From an uncultured Candidatus Saccharibacteria bacterium (GTDB lineage Bacteria; Patescibacteriota; Minisyncoccia; Phycocordibacterales; CAIZLB01): DNA of 33,265 nucleotides. Of the stretch, positions 7,701 to 14,937 are shown in pieces. The notes beneath the pieces were generated by a model. It was not told where the DNA came from, made no database searches, and worked only from the letters and a program-made list of their open reading frames with translations. The stretch's first letter is position 1. The number at the start of each line of letters is the position of its first letter. A program made the position numbers and the translations under genes. Where the stretch lies: positions 1-33,265 of the forward strand of contig CAYUCM010000002.1 of the NCBI GenBank assembly GCA_964443365.1, in the 5' to 3' direction.

Positions 7701-8342
7701 ATCTAGCAGTTTGCAAAATGATTTTTCACCATACAGTGGCATAAACTCTGCTAATTTACCAAGCAATTCAAAAGTTGTTTCATCATAGTTTAAACCATTG
7801 TGAGCCCTAAACCATAAATCCATAAGAATATCCTTGGGGTTATCACCATTTTCTCCTTGAACTGCATTATTCTTTAGTATATTGATAAGTGAATCCATCG
7901 AGTTTTTCTCATTAGATCCCGTTCGAGATAAAGAATACAATGAATCAATAATCTGTTTAATTAAAGAATAGCTTAAATAACCATTAGGCTCTTTTGAAAC
8001 TTTTGCAACATCAATAATATTTTGAGCATATTTACGGAAATCTTTTGGACTATTTATATTAAAATACCAAAATCTTTTTTCAATCTCCTCAAAAATAATC
8101 TTCATTACCTGGGAATTATCCGAGTCAAAACCTTCTCCAAGTTGTTCACGAACTTGGTCACACATAGCAGATATTTCCTCTCTAATTTTATCTTTGTCCA
8201 AGCTGTTCAACTTTTTAATCAAACCTCCATCTTCCTTAAGGTCATTTGGAACTCCTAATTCAGACAACTCAATTGGACTAATTTCTTTTTGTTTTCCTAC
8301 TAGACCATCTTTTTCAATTTCTAATTCAAATCTTTGTTTCAT
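4731..8342 (-). CDS. 1203-aa orphan protein: long Lys/Glu/Asp-rich N-terminal region, Arg-rich central module, C-terminal protein-kinase-like domain
   Basis: Uninterrupted 3,612-nt ORF with an ATG start, a TAA stop and host-like AT-rich composition. Only short, clearly spurious antisense ORFs overlap it. The C-terminal ~170 aa carry kinase-fold motifs in the correct order: GSKGTGEF, IVAKKI, KEARKEF, LLMKKIEG, RIKDTIIEFN, IDWE. I recognise no NTPase, nuclease or recombinase motif. Confidence 0.85.
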   Translation of the reverse strand: MKQRFELEIEKDGLVGKQKEISPIELSELGVPNDLKEDGGLIKKLNSLDKDKIREEISAMCDQVREQLGEGFDSDNSQVMKIIFEEIEKRFWYFNINSPKDFRKYAQNIIDVAKVSKEPNGYLSYSLIKQIIDSLYSLSRTGSNEKNSMDSLINILKNNAVQGENGDNPKDILMDLWFRAHNGLNYDETTFELLGKLAEFMPLYGEKSFCKLLDNIFGKIKISDKKDDKGKKIYEPDDVFNKWKELSKGSLVGLNDGLSIVVKSIKYDKSTTWDFFVGEFNKMTIEDQRLFIVKAQKFMQKGITPGLLMGNIDSNFSEEEFDLTKKGIDMFKSMESKQEWLKQILSDWSLNPNSVDLTQHFFDGLLVPKEIKKITKKEYNLPNIKGVSEGEMSVIEEDLNEELGYMKEGIEIIEPNKELRDFTYKLLKAEIKSLYNNKNFEIIGKIKNLIDGAEDLVQAFDREQVNKITESSLIRFIPYLGDEEKQKILPLVFDKARNMIFDNLEKDQNLADYFVENLDKYYQQPWVAENINKAISHYSVAKKFILEVEEDDGWTTKKIKDKWKGLTWVEQALVKAKISATPQYEDNNDDGYEGGYHNEGLRDFDQFEDHPWRFGDKQIKTALAISELMSGKPEDKELENLGINSQEIFPFLEEVKRITEGCYEGFLKDIQLNSKINEEDKSVLLNPKSGLVKMTPLIDSIRSLVARYLVQRHEGDIDKLNYELGNKNRQEEVVTDENDKDWSGNYPRGEVLLQDIQSLLHYGFEKYIKAYEVDIPLYDKLYEEFDNLRETGRNPLEVYLGRDGIYAYIGRRAQDVARRRKMGLEGRKKLREMGEVVEINPQYTVYPRYFRDNLDYKTKRAFLAQERITPDMDPLFYDTGYTGTIPEQIMKIMDFDSDDIEKRIRLLSAKTTGRRIKGIPKNARSEIVEYIEHNAKLDNTAVGLIKDPETGKIRPIAEPTSPLEQFEYMMIKQAIARHYWLKEKLHHEPSGNMNLDSEHYTIRIRQEYARKLPQEFINDPRSFLNTYGELLKGSKGTGEFPDEEIILFKMTDGTEIVAKKIELRKSKEARKEFSILISAKKAGLPTAEPVGFVSGKEELDGSYLLMKKIEGVSGRNFDKYLKDLGKFSEEQIKVILMVVAEKNGEMAKLFRTTLGIDKRWRIKDTIIEFNEETGEVGGVIPIDWERAENYNPSQPKEIDEIDE

Positions 8343-8368
8343 AAATTTTATTTTACAAATATTATTTT

Positions 8369-8377
8369 ATTATAGCA
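8369..8377 (-). promoter_or_regulatory. Extended -10 element (TGCTATAAT) upstream of the 1203-aa ORF
   Basis: The minus strand reads TGcTATAAT, 26 nt upstream of the ATG at 8342 and downstream of the fusA terminator. The -35 is weak (GGTACA). Confidence 0.4.
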
Positions 8378-8407
8378 CACAACGCTAGGTTGTACCCTAA
8401 TTTACAT

Positions 8408-8443
8408 AAAAAACACAAAAACACCCCTCTCGGGGTGCTTTTG
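8408..8443 (-). terminator. Rho-independent terminator of fusA
   Basis: The minus strand reads CACCCC-GAGA-GGGGTG followed by TTTTTGTGTTTTTT. It lies 68 nt after the fusA stop. Confidence 0.75.
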
Positions 8444-8504
8444 TCAGAATGTATTGCACGTTTTTAGAGAAGTGTCTTGAATACGGCTCTGTTGCTATCT
8501 TTAT

Positions 8505-8705
8505 TTATTTCCTACTCTCCACAATTGTCTTCTCCACATTAGCTGGAACTGTATCGTAGTGATCAAATTCCATACTAACTGAACCTCTTCCTTGTGTCAT
8601 TGATCTGATGTCTGTTGTGTAACCAAACATTTCAGACAATGGAACCATGGCTCTAATAACTTTGATTCCACCTGCTCTATCGTCCATTCCTTCAATTTGT
8701 CCTCT
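8505..8705. repeat. Direct repeat copy B (201 bp, perfect), which is the genuine 3' end of fusA
   Basis: Identical to 4506-4706. It begins exactly at the fusA stop codon. Confidence 0.97.
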
Positions 8706-10658
8706 CTTTGACGAAAGTGAACCTGTAACGTCACCCATGAATTGTTCTGGTGTTAACGCTTCAACTTTCATAATAGGCTCAAGAATAACAGGTCTAGCTT
8801 TTCTAGCTGCCTCTTGAAACGCTTGAGAAGCTGCAATTTTGTAAGCAATTTCTGATGAGTCCACATCGTGATATGATCCAAAAGTAAGTTCACAAGATAC
8901 ATTTGTTAGAGGGAAACCAGCAACAATACCTCTTTCCATTGCTTCCTTAACTCCCTTTTCAACTGCTGGGATAAATTCTGCTGGGATAACTCCTCCTTTA
9001 ATAGAATCGATAAATTCAAATCCTTCAGTTCTATGAACGTTCTTAGGAATTTTAGCACCCTCTTCTAGTGGTTCTAGATGCTTAATATTAATCTTAACGT
9101 GACCATATTGTCCCTTACCTCCAGATTGCTTAACATATTTATGCTCTGCTTCTGAAGACCCAAGAATGGTTTCTCTGTATGCGACTTGAGGAGCTCCAAC
9201 ATTAGCCTCGACACTAAACTCTCTTTTCATTCTATCAACCATAATTTCAAGGTGAAGTTCACCCATACCTGAAATAACAGTATCTCCAGTTTCTTGATTT
9301 GAAGAAATTCTAAATGTTGGGTCTTCATCACTCAATTTTTTAAGAGCAACACCCATCTTTTCTTGATCAGCCTTTGTCTTTGGCTCAATTCTTAGAGACA
9401 CAACAGGCTCTGCGAATTTAATAGGATCAAGAATGATTGGATGAGTTTCATCACAGAAAGTATGTGAAGTCTTTGCCTCCTTAAGACCAACAGCGGCAGC
9501 AATTTCTCCAGCATAAACTTTCTTAACTTCTTCACGCTTATTAGCTTGAAGTCTAACAATACGTCCAAGTCTTTCTTTATTTCCTGTTGACGAGTTATAA
9601 ATATATGAACCCGCTTCAATTGTTCCTGAATAAACACGGAAGAAAGTAAGTTGTCCTACGAATGGGTCAGTTTGCAATTTGAATGCAAGAGCTGAAAATG
9701 GTTCTTCATCTGAAGCATGTCTTTCAATTTCTGCTCCTGTTTCTGGATCAATTCCCTTCATTGGAGGAACATCAAGAGGACATGGTAGATAATCAACAAC
9801 AGCATCCAATACTAATTGAACACCCTTGTTCTTTAGAGCTGAACCTGTGAACACTGGGAAAACTTTGTTTGCAATAACTCCCTTTCTTAGAGACGCTTTA
9901 AGCTCGTCAATTGTAAATTCTGCAGACTCGCCATTTTCCAAATATCTGTTCATTAATTCTTCATCAAACTCTACACACTTTTCAACAAGCTCTTGTCTTC
10001 TTAATTTTGCTTCATCAAGCATGTCAGCTGGAATTTCATATTCAACAACTGTACTTCCCATATCTCCTTCAAATTTATAAGCTTTCATCTTTAAAAGATC
10101 TACCATTCCTTCCAAATCTGATTCAAGACCAATTGGAAGTTGCATTCTTATTGCATTCTTATTTAGTCTATCCAAAATTGATTGATATGATCTTTCAAAT
10201 GATGCTCCCATTCTATCCAATTTGTTAATGAAACAAATACGAGGAACATGATATTTATCAGCCTGTCTCCAAACTGTTTCAGATTGAGCCTCAACTCCGG
10301 CAACACCATCAAATACTACAACTCCACCGTCCAAAACTTTAAGAGATCTTTCAACCTCAACTGTAAAGTCTACGTGACCTGGTGTGTCGATAATATTAAA
10401 TCTTTGCATTTGTGACTTATCTGTACCCATGTATGTTGGATTCCAGAAACAAGTAATAGCAGCTGCGGTAATTGTAATACCACGCTCTTTTTCTTGTTCC
10501 ATCCAGTCAGTTACAGCCTCACCTTCATGAACCTCACCAATTTTGTGACTCATTCCTGTGTAATAAAGAACGCGTTCTGATGTTGTTGTTTTTCCCGCAT
10601 CAATGTGAGCGATGATACCAAAGTTACGAACTCGCTCTAATGGATAATCACGATTCAT
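8505..10658 (-). CDS. fusA: Elongation factor G
   Basis: 717 aa with [17 protein letters not shown] and NKLDR G-motifs. Full-length domains I-V. Confidence 0.98.
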   Translation of the reverse strand: MNRDYPLERVRNFGIIAHIDAGKTTTSERVLYYTGMSHKIGEVHEGEAVTDWMEQEKERGITITAAAITCFWNPTYMGTDKSQMQRFNIIDTPGHVDFTVEVERSLKVLDGGVVVFDGVAGVEAQSETVWRQADKYHVPRICFINKLDRMGASFERSYQSILDRLNKNAIRMQLPIGLESDLEGMVDLLKMKAYKFEGDMGSTVVEYEIPADMLDEAKLRRQELVEKCVEFDEELMNRYLENGESAEFTIDELKASLRKGVIANKVFPVFTGSALKNKGVQLVLDAVVDYLPCPLDVPPMKGIDPETGAEIERHASDEEPFSALAFKLQTDPFVGQLTFFRVYSGTIEAGSYIYNSSTGNKERLGRIVRLQANKREEVKKVYAGEIAAAVGLKEAKTSHTFCDETHPIILDPIKFAEPVVSLRIEPKTKADQEKMGVALKKLSDEDPTFRISSNQETGDTVISGMGELHLEIMVDRMKREFSVEANVGAPQVAYRETILGSSEAEHKYVKQSGGKGQYGHVKINIKHLEPLEEGAKIPKNVHRTEGFEFIDSIKGGVIPAEFIPAVEKGVKEAMERGIVAGFPLTNVSCELTFGSYHDVDSSEIAYKIAASQAFQEAARKARPVILEPIMKVEALTPEQFMGDVTGSLSSKRGQIEGMDDRAGGIKVIRAMVPLSEMFGYTTDIRSMTQGRGSVSMEFDHYDTVPANVEKTIVESRK

Positions 10659-10748
10659 ATAATATATTTTTTATTTAATAAATACTTTTCTAAATTTATA
10701 ATAGTTCTTATTCTAATTTTGACACAAATTATTTTTTCGATAAAGCAA

Positions 10749-10772
10749 CAAACCCCAAAAAGTTGGGGTTTG
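10749..10772 (-). terminator. Hairpin between rpsG and fusA (terminator or attenuator-like)
   Basis: caaaccccaa-aaag-ttggggtttg, a 10-bp perfect stem. On the minus strand it is followed by TTGCTTTAT. It lies 6 nt after the rpsG stop. Confidence 0.5.
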
Positions 10773-10778
10773 AATTGC

Positions 10779-11249
10779 TTACCAAGCAAAGTGAGCGAAG
10801 GCCTTGTTTGCCTCTGCCATCTTGTGTGTGTTTTCCTTCTTTCTTACTGCCTCTCCTTCATTCTTTGAAGCTGCAATAATTTCATCTGCTAGTTTTAAAT
10901 GAATAGCTTTTCCTTTCTTTGCACGAGCAGCATCAATAATCCAGTTCATAGATAGAAATGATCTTCTCTCAGCTCTAACTTCTCTTGGAACTTGGTAGTT
11001 TGCTCCTCCCACTCTTCTTGAACGAACTTCAACTTGAGGGGCAGCATTCTTAAGTGCGGTTTCAAAAATCTCTATTGGATTTTCTGTTGCCGCCATTTCC
11101 TTGATTGCATCAAAGGTCTTGTAAACTATTTTTGTTGCAGTTTCTTTCTTTCCACTCCACATTATGTAGTTGATGAATTTAGAAACCACATCAGACTTAT
11201 ATTTAATATCAGGTTTTATTACAACCTTCTTTTTTAATTTTCTTCGCAT
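10779..11249 (-). CDS. rpsG: 30S ribosomal protein S7
   Basis: 156 aa with S7 motifs ([30 protein letters not shown]-like C-terminus). str operon order. Confidence 0.96.
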   Translation of the reverse strand: MRRKLKKKVVIKPDIKYKSDVVSKFINYIMWSGKKETATKIVYKTFDAIKEMAATENPIEIFETALKNAAPQVEVRSRRVGGANYQVPREVRAERRSFLSMNWIIDAARAKKGKAIHLKLADEIIAASKNEGEAVRKKENTHKMAEANKAFAHFAW

Positions 11250-11400
11250 GTTCTGTAATTAACGTAATTTTGATAATTTTATTTATAATACGCGATTCAT
11301 AGATTTTATTCAGACACTTGGCCGCTTTGCCAAATGCTTACTCTACAAATCATTTAGTACGATAGTACAAAGCAGGGCGCTCCTACTTTTTGCAGTTATT

Positions 11401-11817
11401 TTATTTACCTGCCTTTGGGCGCTTAGCACCGTAAGCTGAACGTTGTTTTCTACGCTTATCAACACCTGCACAGTCTAACTTTCCTCTAACAACGGTATAT
11501 CTAATACCTACGTCCTTTACACGTCCACCTCTTAGAAGAACAACTGAGTGCTCTTGCAAGTTGTGACCCATGCCTGGGATATAAGCAGTAACTTCCATAC
11601 CATTTGTAAGACGAACTCTAGCAATCTTTCTGATAGCTGAGTTAGGCTTTTTAGGTGTCTTAGTTGTAACCTTTGTACATACTCCTCTTTTGAATGATGA
11701 ATCATAGAAAATAGGCTTATTCTTCAAAGTGTTAAAACCACGAGTAAGGGCAATAGCCTTACTCTTTTTGCGTGCTTTTGAACGATTCTTCTTAACTAAT
11801 TGATTTAAAGTTGGCAT
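11401..11817 (-). CDS. rpsL: 30S ribosomal protein S12
   Basis: 138 aa with MPTLNQL, [11 protein letters not shown] and RGGRVKD motifs. Confidence 0.96.
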   Translation of the reverse strand: MPTLNQLVKKNRSKARKKSKAIALTRGFNTLKNKPIFYDSSFKRGVCTKVTTKTPKKPNSAIRKIARVRLTNGMEVTAYIPGMGHNLQEHSVVLLRGGRVKDVGIRYTVVRGKLDCAGVDKRRKQRSAYGAKRPKAGK

Positions 11818-11934
11818 ACTTAAATTTACGAGCGTATATAAAATACACTAGTTGACATAGACTACTATATATAGGTGTGAAATGCAAGGTTTTGATTCAC
11901 TAATCTATAACCCCAAAAGTTTTAGATTAATACA

Positions 11935-11965
11935 CAAAAGACCCCTATATACAATGGGTCTTTTG
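11935..11965 (-). terminator. Hairpin after the solute-binding protein gene
   Basis: caaaagaccc, an 11-nt loop, then gggtcttttg. The stem is 10 bp and lies 30 nt downstream of the stop at 11995. The T-tract is only moderate. Confidence 0.45.
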
Positions 11966-11994
11966 TTACCTTATATCGATTTTACCCTATGCTC

Positions 11995-13107
11995 TTATTC
12001 CACAACCGTCACCGCCTTACCGTTTACAACTCTTTTGATTACATATGGTTTTGTAAAAGCTCTTAGTCCATCAGACTTCAAATGACCTGACATTCCATCA
12101 TATTCTTTAATTGAAGCCATATAATCCTTAACTTTATCGGGATCAGTACTTTTTGTGGCATTCATTGCTTGCGCGATCATCATTACAGCATCGTAGGCGG
12201 AGTCGGCGCCTATTTGTATTTCTCTATTGTAAGCAACCTTATAGCGTTGTTCAAATTCTTTAGTTGGAGTTAGTGAAACTGGAAAGGTTAAACCTTCACA
12301 AGAACCCTTACAGTTAGCAATTAGCGTATTGTCTATATTTTCAGAAAATACCGGTAAATCAATATTTATATCGTCGATTTGATTCATTATTACATCAAAC
12401 AAGCTATAACCAGCAACTGTCACTATTACAGCATCGATTGACTGATCTTGTTTAATTTTCATAGCCCCTGTTCTGATATCCTTTTCTTCGACATTGGGCT
12501 CGTATATAAATGAAACCTTACCACCAAGCTGAGTAAATCTATCCTTAAAGTTCTTGGTCTGATCCTGAACCCATACATCATTAGCTCCGATTATTGCCAC
12601 ATTTCTATGTCCTTTTTTGTAAACGATATCAGCCAGATCTCTTGAGAGTAGAAAGTCATGTTGATAAACGTTGAAAATGTATGGATTAGCCTCATTAAAC
12701 TCCTTAACGCCAAGAGAAGGTGAGACCAAAACCACCTTCTTTTGTTGTGCCAAATCAGTCAGCGCTAAACCTTGATTAGACCAGTTTGTACCTATAATGA
12801 AATTTACTTTATGATAATCAGTTAATTTATTAAAGGCACTTATTGTAGAAATTGGACTTATTTCCGTATCTTCATATTTTGCAACAACCTTTTTACCCAT
12901 AATGCCGCCATCATCGTTAATATCCTTTATGGCCAATTCCATACCGTTTTTTGAAGATTCCCCCCAAGAAGCAGCGTCACCACTTAGTATCAAAGCGCCT
13001 CCGATTACTATCTCATCAGTGTTTTGAACATCAGATGTTTTGTCGTTAAACACCACAACAAGACAAACGACTATGAATATCGAAATAATTGCTATATATT
13101 TTTTCAT
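11995..13107 (-). CDS. Periplasmic-binding-protein type 1 (LivK/branched-chain amino acid-like) solute-binding protein with an N-terminal membrane anchor
   Basis: 370 aa. There is an N-terminal hydrophobic helix, then IVIGGALILSGDAASWGESSKNGMELAIKDINDDGGIMGKKV, which is typical of Leu/Ile/Val-binding-type SBPs. No permease or ATPase gene is adjacent. Confidence 0.75.
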   Translation of the reverse strand: MKKYIAIISIFIVVCLVVVFNDKTSDVQNTDEIVIGGALILSGDAASWGESSKNGMELAIKDINDDGGIMGKKVVAKYEDTEISPISTISAFNKLTDYHKVNFIIGTNWSNQGLALTDLAQQKKVVLVSPSLGVKEFNEANPYIFNVYQHDFLLSRDLADIVYKKGHRNVAIIGANDVWVQDQTKNFKDRFTQLGGKVSFIYEPNVEEKDIRTGAMKIKQDQSIDAVIVTVAGYSLFDVIMNQIDDINIDLPVFSENIDNTLIANCKGSCEGLTFPVSLTPTKEFEQRYKVAYNREIQIGADSAYDAVMMIAQAMNATKSTDPDKVKDYMASIKEYDGMSGHLKSDGLRAFTKPYVIKRVVNGKAVTVVE

Positions 13108-13243
13108 GGCTTTATTTAATGTTAAATTATTAATAAGTATTGACGTATTAATAGTATATGTTATGTTATTTTAGTCAAAACACCATGCACATTCTATGCT
13201 TATTTATGTACAAATTAGCAATATATATAGCCATATATATGTG

Positions 13244-13272
13244 TTGACACGCTACCAACAACAAAGTACAAT
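13244..13272 (+). promoter_or_regulatory. Promoter in leaderless geometry for the TrmB-like gene
   Basis: TTGACA (13244-13249), 17 nt, TACAAT (13267-13272), 6 nt, then the ATG at 13279. There is no Shine-Dalgarno sequence. Confidence 0.55.
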
Positions 13273-13278
13273 ACAAGT

Positions 13279-14043
13279 ATGATTTTAAGTATTTTAAAAG
13301 ATCTTGGGTTTTCAGAAAAAGAAGCAACAATATATCAAACCATATATGAACAGGGACACATAAATCCCTCTCAAATATCAGTGTCTACAGGTATCAACAG
13401 ATCTACCGTATATAGTGTACTCAAAGATCTGACAGACAAAGGGGTTGTGAGTGAAGACCACACAAAAAAACAAACCATGTTTATTGCCCTACCATTAAAC
13501 AGTTTGGAGAATATGATTAATCGAGAAGAGCGACTACTTCAAGAAAAACGACTACTTGTTGAACAGGCCGTAAAAGAACTTATTAAATTAGACCGGAAAA
13601 CTTCTATATCCGAACCGAAGATGACTTTCGTATTTGAAGAAAATTTTAATGATTTTTTATACCAACAAACACCAGAATGGAATAAAAGCACCATGAGACG
13701 AGGTGGTATATGGTGGGGATTTCAAAGTCCAAGCTTTGCCAAAACTTATCAAAAGTGGATAGATTGGTTCTGGAAAGAATCCGCGGATGAGAGATTAATA
13801 CTAAAAATACTCACAAATGAATCCATTATAGAAAATGAAATGGAAAAAAGAGGTTATAACAGAAGACTTATTAGATATTGGAACGGTGGATCCAATTTTA
13901 CCGCCTCTACTTGGATAAGCGGTGATTATATAATTATGGCTATGACAGATCAAAAGCCACACTATCTCGTACAAATACACGATGAGGTCTTGGCTCATAA
14001 CATGAGAGAAATGTTTAAGGGATTATGGGAGATAAATAACTAA
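13279..14043 (+). CDS. TrmB-like winged-helix transcriptional regulator
   Basis: The N-terminus LGFSEKEATIYQTIYEQGHINPSQISVSTGINRSTVYSVLKDLTDKGVVSE matches the TrmB-type wHTH pattern. The C-terminal ~170 aa are unassigned. Confidence 0.65.
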   Translation: MILSILKDLGFSEKEATIYQTIYEQGHINPSQISVSTGINRSTVYSVLKDLTDKGVVSEDHTKKQTMFIALPLNSLENMINREERLLQEKRLLVEQAVKELIKLDRKTSISEPKMTFVFEENFNDFLYQQTPEWNKSTMRRGGIWWGFQSPSFAKTYQKWIDWFWKESADERLILKILTNESIIENEMEKRGYNRRLIRYWNGGSNFTASTWISGDYIIMAMTDQKPHYLVQIHDEVLAHNMREMFKGLWEINN

Positions 14044-14651
14044 ACCCCCATTATCAAACGGGCGGCAAAATAAACAACGGGCACAATTAACTGCCACAAG
14101 AATAAAACAAACAATAGAGCAAATAATAGACCATATCTTTCTAGAGCATTCATTAGATATCTGCCACCCTGTGGTAAAACAGCGGATAATATGCGAGAAC
14201 CATCAAGTGGCGGTATCGGCACTAGATTAAAAATAGCAAGCACCAAATTGGTCAAAACTACTATTTGAAGGGCTAGAATAGCGGGATCTGGCATTATCGT
14301 TCCAAAAAACCTTATTGAAAGACCTGCTATTACAGCTATTATTATATTAGATAGGGGTCCAGCAAAAGCCACAAGCGCCTCGCCCTTTTTGCCTGATTTT
14401 AAGGCATTAAAATTAACCGGCACAGGTTTTGCCCACCCTAATATGATTCCACCAGGTAAAATGGCACAAATTAAGGGTAGAATTATAGAGCCAAAGGGGT
14501 CTATGTGTTTTATTGGGTTTAAGGTTAATCTACCCATTAATTTGGCAGTCTGATCACCCTGGCTTAATGCCGCCATTCCATGAGCCACCTCATGAACCAC
14601 CACTGAAAATACTAAAATTGCGATTGATATGATTATTGTTGCTATGTCCAT
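14040..14651 (-). CDS. Site-2 protease family (M50) membrane zinc metalloprotease
   Basis: HEVAHG (HExxH) lies in the first TM segment and NLVPIPPLDGSRI (NxxPxxxLDG) comes later. The protein is multi-TM. The track ORF starts at a GTG (14714) that overlaps rpmB, and the ATG at 14651 is preferred. Confidence 0.8.
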   Translation of the reverse strand: MDIATIIISIAILVFSVVVHEVAHGMAALSQGDQTAKLMGRLTLNPIKHIDPFGSIILPLICAILPGGIILGWAKPVPVNFNALKSGKKGEALVAFAGPLSNIIIAVIAGLSIRFFGTIMPDPAILALQIVVLTNLVLAIFNLVPIPPLDGSRILSAVLPQGGRYLMNALERYGLLFALLFVLFLWQLIVPVVYFAARLIMGV

Positions 14652-14677
14652 AGAATTATGATAACATGCCAACACAT

Positions 14678-14920
14678 ATGGCAAAAGTTTGCGCAATAAC
14701 AAAAAAGAGTTCACTTAACATGGGCGGGTACTCAAACCGTACTCGTGCTACTCAATTCAACCCAGTTGGAATGAGACGTAGGTATGCAAATCTTCAAAAG
14801 AAACGCATCTACATTCCTGAACTTAAAAAGACTGTAACACTTACTCTATCAACTAGAGCAATTAAGACTATTCAAAAGAATGGGGCTTTCGTTACACTTA
14901 AAAAAGCTGGATTACTATAA
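14678..14920 (+). CDS. rpmB: 50S ribosomal protein L28
   Basis: MAKVCAITKKSS...N.SHA-like...FxPNLxxKRxxxPE pattern. An alternative ATG at 14666 would add 4 residues. Confidence 0.9.
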   Translation: MAKVCAITKKSSLNMGGYSNRTRATQFNPVGMRRRYANLQKKRIYIPELKKTVTLTLSTRAIKTIQKNGAFVTLKKAGLL

Positions 14921-14937
14921 TTAAACAACAGCTGAGG

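Noticed and set aside
4804-8388. Nine short plus-strand ORFs (62-96 aa) antisense to the 1203-aa gene.
   Set aside because: They are Ser/Phe/Ile/Leu-rich translations of the antisense of a Lys/Glu/Asp-rich gene. None has independent signals.
3623-8504. A classical integrative element, prophage remnant or IS in the fusA-tuf island.
   Set aside because: I recognise no integrase, transposase, terminal inverted repeats or phage genes. Only the 201-bp direct repeat is present, hence the recombinase-independent interpretation. An assembly chimera remains an open alternative and is listed under the refutation test of that finding.
11250-11400. The unusually long (150-bp) rpsL-rpsG spacer could be an S7 autoregulatory operator, as in the E. 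coli str operon.
   Set aside because: I could find only weak 4-5-bp hairpins (ttggc/gccaa at 11318-11333 and gtac/gtac at 11357-11368). That is not enough to support a structured element.
14652-14714. 5' extensions of track ORFs that begin at GTG or TTG: the M50 protease at 14714, rplC at 2016, pilC at 28159, pilB at 29974 and tpiA at 24215.
   Set aside because: In each case a nearby in-frame ATG gives the family-typical N-terminus and removes an overlap with a neighbouring gene. For comEC-N (GTG at 18138) and recJ (TTG at 20995) no ATG alternative exists, so those starts were kept.
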